DNA of 64,000 bases from Auanema rhodensis (taxonomy: Eukaryota > Animalia > Nematoda), in the NCBI GenBank assembly GCA_964057225.1, contig OZ059900.1:16864001-16928000 (forward strand). Direction: 5' to 3'. Below are positions 1 to 12,000 of this stretch, in pieces. The notes under the pieces are model-generated. The model made no database searches. It saw only the letters and a list, made by a program, of their open reading frames with translations, and had not been told where the DNA came from. Both the position numbers and the translations under genes were made by a program. Numbering within the stretch: position 1 is the stretch's first letter; each line of letters starts with the position of its first letter.

Positions 1-684
1 GAGCTAGGTTTCATTGACATTGCATGAGTTTGAACACATGAAATCGTAAGTCAAAACCTTGTTTACAGCGAAATTTCCAAAAACTGGTTTTCCAGCATAA
101 TAAAATATTTCTCATGGGAAATACTGTGTTTTTGTATTTTTCTAGTGTTCAGCATGTAAAATGCTTCATTTTAGTATGTAACACGCTGAAATTCGTTGCA
201 TTTGACGACTCATATGAACAAAAATCGATTTAATCAATATTAGCCATAAGGGGCGTGCCCTCAGAATATGCTAATTTCCTTAATTTTCTAACCCCTGTTT
301 TTTTGTCGTGAAAGTGGAACTAGACGTTGTACGAACAATTTTGAGCTAGGTTTCATTGACATTGCATGAGTTTGAACACATGAAATCGTAAGTCAAAACC
401 TTGTTTACAGCGAAATTTCCAAAAACTGGTTTTCCAGCATAATAAAATATTTCTCATGGGAAATACTGTGTTTTTGTATTTTTCTAGTGTTCAGCATGTA
501 AAATGCTTCATTTTAGTATGTAACACGCTGAAATTCGTTGCATTTGACGACTCATATGAACAAAAATCGATTTAATCAATATTAGCCATAAGGGGCGTGC
601 CCTCAGAATATGCTAATTTCCTTAATTTTCTAACCCCTGTTTTTTTGTCGTGAAAGTGGAACTAGACGTTGTACGAACAATTTT

Positions 685-3078
685 GAGCTAGGTTTCATTG
701 ACATTGCATGAGTTTGAACACATGAAATCGTAAGTCAAAACCTTGTTTACAGCGAAATTTCCAAAAACTGGTTTTCCAGCATAATAAAATATTTCTCATG
801 GGGAATACTGTGTTTTTGTATTTTTCTAGTGTTCAGCATGTAAAATGCTTCATTTTAGTTTGTAACACGCTGAAATTCGTTGCATTTGACGACTCATATG
901 AACAAAAATCGATTTAATCAATATTAGCCATAAGGGGCGTGCCCTCAGAATATGCTAATTTCCTTAATTTTCTAACACCTGTTTTTTTGTCGTGAAAGTG
1001 GAACTAGACGTTGTACGAACAATTTTGAGCTAGGTTTCATTGACATTGCATGAGTTTGAACACATGAAATCGTAAGTCAAAACCTTGTTTACAGCGAAAT
1101 TTCCAAAAACTGGTTTTCCAGCATAATAAAATATTTCTCATGGGGAATACTGTGTTTTTGTATTTTTCTAGTGTTCAGCATGTAAAATGCTTCATTTTAG
1201 TTTGTAACACGCTGAAATTCGTTGCATTTGACGACTCATATGAACAAAAATCGATTTAATCAATATTAGCCATAAGGGGCGTGCCCTCAGAATATGCTAA
1301 TTTCCTTAATTTTCTAACACCTGTTTTTTTGTCGTGAAAGTGGAACTAGACGTTGTACGAACAATTTTGAGCTAGGTTTCATTGACATTGCATGAGTTTG
1401 AACACATGAAATCGTAAGTCAAAACCTTGTTTACAGCGAAATTTCCAAAAACTGGTTTTCCAGCATAATAAAATATTTCTCATGGGGAATACTGTGTTTT
1501 TGTATTTTTCTAGTGTTCAGCATGTAAAATGCTTCATTTTAGTTTGTAACACGCTGAAATTCGTTGCATTTGACGACTCATATGAACAAAAATCGATTTA
1601 ATCAATATTAGCCATAAGGGGCGTGCCCTCAGAATATGCTAATTTCCTTAATTTTCTAACACCTGTTTTTTTGTCGTGAAAGTGGAACTAGACGTTGTAC
1701 GAACAATTTTGAGCTAGGTTTCATTGACATTGCATGAGTTTGAACACATGAAATCGTAAGTCAAAACCTTGTTTACAGCGAAATTTCCAAAAACTGGTTT
1801 TCCAGCATAATAAAATATTTCTCATGGGGAATACTGTGTTTTTGTATTTTTCTAGTGTTCAGCATGTAAAATGCTTCATTTTAGTTTGTAACACGCTGAA
1901 ATTCGTTGCATTTGACGACTCATATGAACAAAAATCGATTTAATCAATATTAGCCATAAGGGGCGTGCCCTCAGAATATGCTAATTTCCTTAATTTTCTA
2001 ACACCTGTTTTTTTGTCGTGAAAGTGGAACTAGACGTTGTACGAACAATTTTGAGCTAGGTTTCATTGACATTGCATGAGTTTGAACACATGAAATCGTA
2101 AGTCAAAACCTTGTTTACAGCGAAATTTCCAAAAACTGGTTTTCCAGCATAATAAAATATTTCTCATGGGGAATACTGTGTTTTTGTATTTTTCTAGTGT
2201 TCAGCATGTAAAATGCTTCATTTTAGTTTGTAACACGCTGAAATTCGTTGCATTTGACGACTCATATGAACAAAAATCGATTTAATCAATATTAGCCATA
2301 AGGGGCGTGCCCTCAGAATATGCTAATTTCCTTAATTTTCTAACACCTGTTTTTTTGTCGTGAAAGTGGAACTAGACGTTGTACGAACAATTTTGAGCTA
2401 GGTTTCATTGACATTGCATGAGTTTGAACACATGAAATCGTAAGTCAAAACCTTGTTTACAGCGAAATTTCCAAAAACTGGTTTTCCAGCATAATAAAAT
2501 ATTTCTCATGGGGAATACTGTGTTTTTGTATTTTTCTAGTGTTCAGCATGTAAAATGCTTCATTTTAGTTTGTAACACGCTGAAATTCGTTGCATTTGAC
2601 GACTCATATGAACAAAAATCGATTTAATCAATATTAGCCATAAGGGGCGTGCCCTCAGAATATGCTAATTTCCTTAATTTTCTAACACCTGTTTTTTTGT
2701 CGTGAAAGTGGAACTAGACGTTGTACGAACAATTTTGAGCTAGGTTTCATTGACATTGCATGAGTTTGAACACATGAAATCGTAAGTCAAAACCTTGTTT
2801 ACAGCGAAATTTCCAAAAACTGGTTTTCCAGCATAATAAAATATTTCTCATGGGGAATACTGTGTTTTTGTATTTTTCTAGTGTTCAGCATGTAAAATGC
2901 TTCATTTTAGTTTGTAACACGCTGAAATTCGTTGCATTTGACGACTCATATGAACAAAAATCGATTTAATCAATATTAGCCATAAGGGGCGTGCCCTCAG
3001 AATATGCTAATTTCCTTAATTTTCTAACACCTGTTTTTTTGTCGTGAAAGTGGAACTAGACGTTGTACGAACAATTTT
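685..3078. repeat. Run of seven apparently identical satellite A variant monomers
   Basis: Monomers 3-9 all carry the same three variants: CATGGGGAAT, TTAGTTTGTA and TAACACCTG. I saw no differences among them. Confidence 0.9.
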
Positions 3079-6000
3079 GAGCTAGGTTTCATTGACATTG
3101 CATGAGTTTGAACACATGAAATCGTAAGTCAAAACCTTGTTTACAGCGAACTTTCCAAAAACTGGTTTTCCAGCATAATAAAATATTTCTCATTTGAAAT
3201 ACTGTGTTTTTGTATTTTTCTAGTGTTCAGCATGTAAAATGCTTCATTTTAGTATGTAACACGCTGAAATTCGTTGCATTTGACGACTCATATGAACAAA
3301 AATCGATTTAATCAATATTAGCCATAAGGGGCGTGCCCTCAGAATATGCTAATTTCCTTAATTTTCTAACCCCTGTTTTTTTGTCGTGAAAGTGGAACTA
3401 GACGTTGTACGAACAATTTTGACCTAGGTTTCATTGACATTGCATGAGTTTGAACACATGAAATCGTAAGTCAAAACCTTGTTTACAGCGAAATTTCCAA
3501 AAACTGGTTTTCCAGCATAATAAAATATTTCTCATGGGAAATACTGTGTTTTTGTATTTTTCTAGTGTTCAGCATGTAAAATGCTTCATTTTAGTATGTA
3601 ACACGCTGAAATTCGTTGCATTTGACGACTCATATGAACAAAAATCGATTTAATCAATATTAGCCATAAGGGGCGTACCCCCAGAATATGCTAATTTCCT
3701 TAATTTTCTAACCCCTGTTTTTTTGTCGTGAAAGTGGAACTAGACGTTGTACGAACAATTTTGAGCTAGGTTTCATTGACATTGCATGAGTTTGAACACA
3801 TGAAATCGTAAGTCAAAACCTTGTTTACAGCGAAATTTCCAAAAACTGGTTTTCCAGCATAATAAAATATTTCTCATGGGAAATACTGTGTTTTTGTATT
3901 TTTCTAGTGTTCAGCATGTAAAATGCTTCATTTTAGTATGTAACACGCTGAAATTCGTTGCATTTGACGACTCATATGAACAAAAATCGATTTAATCAAT
4001 ATTAGCCATAAGGGGCGTGCCCTCAGAATATGCTAATTTCCTTAATTTTCTAACCCTTGTTTTTTTGTTGTGAAAGTGGAACTAGACGTTGTACGAACAA
4101 TTTTGAGCTAGGTTTCATTGACATTGCATGAGTTTGAACACATGAAATCGTAAGTCAAAACCTTGTTTACAGCGAAATTTCGAAAAACTGGTTTTCCAGC
4201 ATAATAAAATATTTCTCATGGGAAATACTGTGTTTTTGTATTCTTCTAGTGTTCAGCATGTGAAATGCTTCATTTTAGTGTGTAACACGCTGAAATTCGT
4301 TGCATTTGACGACTCATATGAACAAAAATCGATTTAATCAATATTAGCCATAAGGGGCGTGCCCTCAGAATATGCTAATTTCCTTAATTTTCTAACCCCT
4401 GTTTTTTTGTCGTGAAAGTGGAACTAGACGTTGTACGAACAATTTTGAGCTAGGTTTCATTGACATTGCATGAGTTTGAACACATGAAATCGTAAGTCAA
4501 AACCTTGTTTACAGCGAAATTTCCAAAAACTGGTTTTCCAGCATAATAAAATATTTCTCATGGGAAATACTGTGTTTTTGTATTTTTCTAGTGTTCAGCA
4601 TGTAAAATGCTTCATTTTAGTATGTAACACGCTGAAATTCGTTGCATTTGACGACTCATATGAACAAAAATCGATTTAATCAATATTAGCCATAAGGGGC
4701 GTGCCCTCAGAATATGCTAATTTCCTTAATTTTCTAACCCTTGTTTTTTTGTCGTGAAAGTGGAACTAGACGTTGTACAAACAATTTTGAGCTAGGTTTC
4801 ATTGACATTGCATGAGTTTGAACACATGAAATCGTAAGTCAAAACCTTGTTTACAGCGAAATTTCCAAAAACTGGTTTTCCAGCATGATAAAATATTTCT
4901 CATGGGAAATACTGTGTTTTTGTATTTTTCTAGTGTTCAGCATGTAAAATGCTTCATTTTAGTATGTAACACGCTGAAATTCGTTGCATTTGACGACTCA
5001 TATGAACAAAAATCGATTTAATCAATATTAGCCATAAGGGGCGTGCCCTCAGAATATGCTAATTTCCTTAATTTTCTAACCCCTGTTTTTTTGTCGTGAA
5101 AGTGGAACTAGACGTTGTACGAACAATTTTGAGCTAGGTTTCATTGACATTGCATGAGTTTGAACACATGAAATCGTAAGTCAAAACCTTGTTTACAGCG
5201 AAATTTCCAAAAACTGGTTTTCCAGCATAATAAAATATTTCTCATGGGAAATACTGTGTTTTTGTATTCTTCTAGTGTTCAGCATGTGAAATGCTTCATT
5301 TTAGTGTGTAACACGCTGAAATTCGTTGCATTTGACGACTCATATGAACAAAAATCGATTTAATCAATATTAGCCATAAGGGGCGTGCCCTCAGAATATG
5401 CTAATTTCCTTAATTTTCTAACCCCTGTTTTTTTGTCGTGAAAGTGGAACTAGACGTTGTACGAACAATTTTGACCTAGGTTTCATTGACATTGCATGAG
5501 TTTGAACACATGAAATCGTAAGTCAAAACCTTGTTTACAGCGAAATTTCCAAAAACTGGTTTTCCAGCATAATAAAATATTTCTCATGGGAAATACTGTG
5601 TTTTTGTATTTTTCTAGTGTTCAGCATGTAAAATGCTTCATTTTAGTATGTAACACGCTGAAATTCGTTGCATTTGACGACTCATATGAACAAAAATCGA
5701 TTTAATCAATATTAGCCATAAGGGGCGTGCCCTCAGAATATGCTAATTTCCTTAATTTTCTAACCCTTGTTTTTTTGTCGTGAAAGTGGAACTAGACGTT
5801 GTACAAACAATTTTGAGCTAGGTTTCATTGACATTGCATGAGTTTGAACACATGAAATCGTAAGTCAAAACCTTGTTTACAGCGAAATTTCCAAAAACTG
5901 GTTTTCCAGCATGATAAAATATTTCTCATGGGAAATACTGTGTTTTTGTATTTTTCTAGTGTTCAGCATGTAAAATGCTTCATTTTAGTATGTAACACGC

Positions 6001-9000
6001 TGAAATTCGTTGCATTTGACGACTCATATGAACAAAAATCGATTTAATCAATATTAGCCATAAGGGGCGTGCCCTCAGAATATGCTAATTTCCTTAATTT
6101 TCTAACCCCTGTTTTTTTGTCGTGAAAGTGGAACTAGACGTTGTACGAACAATTTTGAGCTAGGTTTCATTGACATTGCATGAGTTTGAACACATGAAAT
6201 CGTAAGTCAAAACCTTGTTTACAGCGAAATTTCCACAAACTGGTTTTCCAGCATAATAAAATATTTCTCATGGGAAATACTGTGTTTTTGTATTCTTCTA
6301 GTGTTCAGCATGTAAAATGCTTCATTTTAGTATGTAACACGCTGAAATTCGTTGCATTTGACGACTCATATGAACAAAAATCGATTTAATCAATATTAGC
6401 CATAAGGGGCGTGCCCTCAGAATATGCTAATTTCCTTAATTTTCTAACCCCTGTTTTTTTGTCGTGAAAGTGGAACTAGACGTTGTACGAACAATTTTGA
6501 GCTAGGTTTCATTGACCTTGCATGAGTTTGAACACATGAAATCGTAAGTCAAAACCTTGTTTACAGCGAAATTTCCAAAAACTGGTTTTCCAGCATAATA
6601 AAATATTTCTCATGGGAAATACTGTGTTTTTGTATTTTTCTAGTGTTCAGCATGTAAAATGCTTCATTTTAGTATGTAACACGCTGAAATTCGTTGCATT
6701 TGACGACTCATATGAACAAAAATCGATTTAATCAATATTAGCCATAAGGGGCGTGCCCTCAGAATATGCTAATTTCCTTAATTTTCTAACCCTTGTTTTT
6801 TTGTCGTGAAAGTGGAACTAGACGTTGTACGAACAATTTTGAGCTAGGTTTCATTGACATTGCATGAGTTTGAACACATGAAATCGTAAGTCAAAACCTT
6901 GTTTACAGCGAAATTTCGAAAAACTGGTTTTCCAGCATAATAAAATATTTCTCATGGAAAAACTGTGTTTTTGTATTCTTCTAGTGTTCAGCATGTGAAA
7001 TGCTTCATTTTAGTGTGTAACACGCTGAAATTCGTTGCATTTGACGACTCATATGAACAAAAATCGATTTAATCAATATTAGCCATAAGGGGCGTGCCCT
7101 CAGAATATGCTAATTTCCTTAATTTTCTAACCCCTGTTTTTTTGTCGTGAAAGTGGAACTAGACGTTGTACGAACAATTTTGAGCTAGGTTTCATTGACA
7201 TTGCATGAGTTTGAACACATGAAATCGTAAGTCAAAACCTTGTTTACAGCGAAATTTCCAAAAACTGGTTTTCCAGCATAATAAAATATTTCTCATGGAA
7301 AAACTGTGTTTTTGTATTCTTCTAGTGTTCAGCATGTGAAATGCTTCATTTTAGTGTGTAACACGCTGAAATTCGTTGCATTTGACGACTCATATGAACA
7401 AAAATCGATTTAATCAATATTAGCCATAAGGGGCGTGCCCTCAGAATATGCTAATTTCCTTAATTTTCTAACCCCTGTTTTTTTGTCGTGAAAGTGGAAC
7501 TAGACGTTGTACGAACAATTTTGAGCTAGGTTTCATTGACATTGCATGAGTTTGAACACATGAAATCGTAAGTCAAAACCTTGTTTACAGCGAAATTTCC
7601 AAAAACTGGTTTTCCAGCATAATAAAATATTTCTCATGGGAAATACTGTGTTTTTGTATTTTTCTAGTGTTCAGCATGTAAAATGCTTCATTTTAGTATG
7701 TAACACGCTGAAATTCGTTGCATTTGACGACTCATATGAACAAAAATCGATTTAATCAATATTAGCCATAAGGGGCGTGCCCTCAGAATATGCTAATTTC
7801 CTTAATTTTCTAACCCTTGTTTTTTTGTCGTGAAAGTGGAACTAGACGTTGTACAAACAATTTTGAGCTAGGTTTCATTGACATTGCATGAGTTTGAACA
7901 CATGAAATCGTAAGTCAAAACCTTGTTTACAGCGAAATTTCCAAAAACTGGTTTTCCAGCATGATAAAATATTTCTCATGGGAAATACTGTGTTTTTGTA
8001 TTTTTCTAGTGTTCAGCATGTAAAATGCTTCATTTTAGTATGTAACACGCTGAAATTCGTTGCATTTGACGACTCATATGAACAAAAATCGATTTAATCA
8101 ATATTAGCCATAAGGGGCGTGCCCTCAGAATATGCTAATTTCCTTAATTTTCTAACCCCTGTTTTTTTGTCGTGAAAGTGGAACTAGACGTTGTACGAAC
8201 AATTTTGAGCTAGGTTTCATTGACATTGCATGAGTTTGAACACATGAAATCGTAAGTCAAAACCTTGTTTACAGCGAAATTTCCAAAAACTGGTTTTCCA
8301 GCATAATAAAATATTTCTCATGGGAAATACTGTGTTTTTGTATTTTTCTAGTGTTCAGCATGTGAAATGCTTCATTTTAGTATGTAACACGCTGAAATTC
8401 GTTGCATTTGACGACTCATATGAACAAAAATCGATTTAATCAATATTAGCCATAAGGGGCGTGCCCTCAGAATATGCTAATTTCCTTAATTTTCTAACCC
8501 TTGTTTTTTTGTCGTGAAAGTGGAACTAGACGTTGTACGAACAATTTTGAGCTAGGTTTCATTGACATTGCATGAGTTTGAACACATGAAATCGTAAGTC
8601 AAAACCTTGTTTACAGCGAAATTTCGAAAAACTGGTTTTCCAGCATAATAAAATATTTCTCATAGGAAATACTGTGTTTTGTATTCTTCTAGTGTTCAGC
8701 ATGTGAAATGCTTCATTTTAGTGTGTAACACGCTGAAATTCGTTGCATTTGACGACTCATATGAACAAAAATCGATTTAATCAATATTAGCCATAAGGGG
8801 CGTGCCCTCAGAATATGCTAATTTCCTTAATTTTCTAACCCCTGTTTTTTTGTCGTGAAAGTGGAACTAGACGTTGTACGAACAATTTTGAGCTAGGTTT
8901 CATTGACATTGCATGAGTTTGAACACATGAAATCGTAAGTCAAAACCTTGTTTACAGCGAAATTTCCAAAAACTGGTTTTCCAGCATAATAAAATATTTC

Positions 9001-12000
9001 TCATGGGAAATACTGTGTTTTTGTATTTTTCTAGTGTTCAGCATGTAAAATGCTTCATTTTAGTATGTAACACGCTGAAATTCGTTGCATTTGACGACTC
9101 ATATGAACAAAAATCGATTTAATCAATATTAGCCATAAGGGGCGTGCCCTCAGAATATGCTAATTTCCTTAATTTTCTAACCCTTGTTTTTTTGTCGTGA
9201 AAGTGGAACTAGACGTTGTACAAACAATTTTGAGCTAGGTTTCATTGACATTGCATGAGTTTGAACACATGAAATCGTAAGTCAAAACCTTGTTTACAGC
9301 GAAATTTCCAAAAACTGGTTTTCCAGCATGATAAAATATTTCTCATGGGAAATACTGTGTTTTTGTATTTTTCTAGTGTTCAGCATGTAAAATGCTTCAT
9401 TTTAGTATGTAACACGCTGAAATTCGTTGCATTTGACGACTCATATGAACAAAAATCGATTTAATCAATATTAGCCATAAGGGGCGTGCCCTCAGAATAT
9501 GCTAATTTCCTTAATTTTCTAACCCTTGTTTTTTTGTCGTGAAAGTGGAACTAGACGTTGTACAAACAATTTTGAGCTAGGTTTCATTGACATTGCATGA
9601 GTTTGAACACATGAAATCGTAAGTCAAAACCTTGTTTACAGCGAAATTTCCAAAAACTGGTTTTCCAGCATGATAAAATATTTCTCATGGGAAATACTGT
9701 GTTTTTGTATTTTTCTAGTGTTCAGCATGTAAAATGCTTCATTTTAGTATGTAACACGCTGAAATTCGTTGCATTTGACGACTCATATGAACAAAAATCG
9801 ATTTAATCAATATTAGCCATAAGGGGCGTGCCCTCAGAATATGCTAATTTCCTTAATTTTCTAACCCTTGTTTTTTTGTCGTGAAAGTGGAACTAGACGT
9901 TGTACGAACAATTTTGAGCTAGGTTTCATTGACATTGCATGAGTTTGAACACATGAAATCGTAAGTCAAAACCTTGTTTACAGCGAAATTTCGAAAAACT
10001 GGTTTTCCAGCATAATAAAATATTTCTCATGGAAAAACTGTGTTTTTGTATTCTTCTAGTGTTCAGCATGTGAAATGCTTCATTTTAGTGTGTAACACGC
10101 TGAAATTCGTTGCATTTGACGACTCATATGAACAAAAATCGATTTAATCAATATCAGCCATAAGGGGCGTGCCCTCAGAATATGCTAATTTCCTTAATTT
10201 TCTAACCCCTGTTTTTTTGTCGTGAAAGTGGAACTAGACGTTGTACGAACAATTTTGAGCTAGGTTTCATTGACATTGCATGAGTTTGAACACATGAAAT
10301 CGTAAGTCAAAACCTTGTTTACAGCGAAATTTCCAAAAACTGGTTTTCCAGCATAATAAAATATTTCTCATGGGAAATACTGTGTTTTTGTATTTTTCTA
10401 GTGTTCAGCATGTAAAATGCTTCATTTTAGTATGTAACACGCTGAAATTCGTTGCATTTGACGACTCATATGAACAAAAATCGATTTAATCAATATTAGC
10501 CATAAGGGGCGTGCCCTCAGAATATGCTAATTTCCTTAATTTTCTAACCCTTGTTTTTTTGTCGTGAAAGTGGAACTAGACGTTGTACGAACAATTTTGA
10601 GCTAGGTTTCATTGACATTGCATGAGTTTGAACACATGAAATCGTAAGTCAAAACCTTGTTTACAGCGAAATTTCCAAAAACTGGTTTTCCAGCATAATA
10701 AAATATTTCTCATGGGAAATACTGTGTTTTTGTATTTTTCTAGTGTTCAGCATGTAAAATGCTTCATTTTAGTATGTAACACGCTGAAATTCGTTGCATT
10801 TGACGACTCATATGAACAAAAATCGATTTAATCAATATTAGCCATAAGGGGCGTGCCCTCAGAATATGCTAATTTCCTTAATTTTCTAACCCTTGTTTTT
10901 TTGTCGTGAAAGTGGAACTAGACGTTGTACAAACAATTTTGAGCTAGGTTTCATTGACATTGCATGAGTTTGAACACATGAAATCGTAAGTCAAAACCTT
11001 GTTTACAGCGAAATTTCCAAAAACTGGTTTTCCAGCATGATAAAATATTTCTCATGGGAAATACTGTGTTTTTGTATTTTTCTAGTGTTCAGCATGTAAA
11101 ATGCTTCATTTTAGTATGTAACACGCTGAAATTCGTTGCATTTGACGACTCATATGAACAAAAATCGATTTAATCAATATTAGCCATAAGGGGCGTGCCC
11201 TCAGAATATGCTAATTTCCTTAATTTTCTAACCCCTGTTTTTTTGTCGTGAAAGTGGAACTAGACGTTGTACGAACAATTTTGAGCTAGGTTTCATTGAC
11301 ATTGCATGAGTTTGAACACATGAAATCGTAAGTCAAAACCTTGTTTACAGCGAAATTTCCAAAAACTGGTTTTCCAGCATAATAAAATATTTCTCATGGG
11401 AAATACTGTGTTTTTGTATTTTTCTAGTGTTCAGCATGTAAAATGCTTCATTTTAGTATGTAACACGCTGAAATTCGTTGCATTTGACGACTCATATGAA
11501 CAAAAATCGATTTAATCAATATTAGCCATAAGGGGCGTGCCCTCAGAATATGCTAATTTCCTTAATTTTCTAACCCTTGTTTTTTTGTCGTGAAAGTGGA
11601 ACTAGACGTTGTACGAACAATTTTGAGCTAGGTTTCATTGACATTGCATGAGTTTGAACACATGAAATCGTAAGTCAAAACCTTGTTTACAGCGAAATTT
11701 CGAAAAACTGGTTTTCCAGCATAATAAAATATTTCTCATAGGAAATACTGTGTTTTGTATTCTTCTAGTGTTCAGCATGTGAAATGCTTCATTTTAGTGT
11801 GTAACACGCTGAAATTCGTTGCATTTGACGACTCATATGAACAAAAATCGATTTAATCAATATTAGCCATAAGGGGCGTGCCCTCAGAATATGCTAATTT
11901 CCTTAATTTTCTAACCCCTGTTTTTTTGTCGTGAAAGTGGAACTAGACGTTGTACGAACAATTTTGAGCTAGGTTTCATTGACATTGCATGAGTTTGAAC

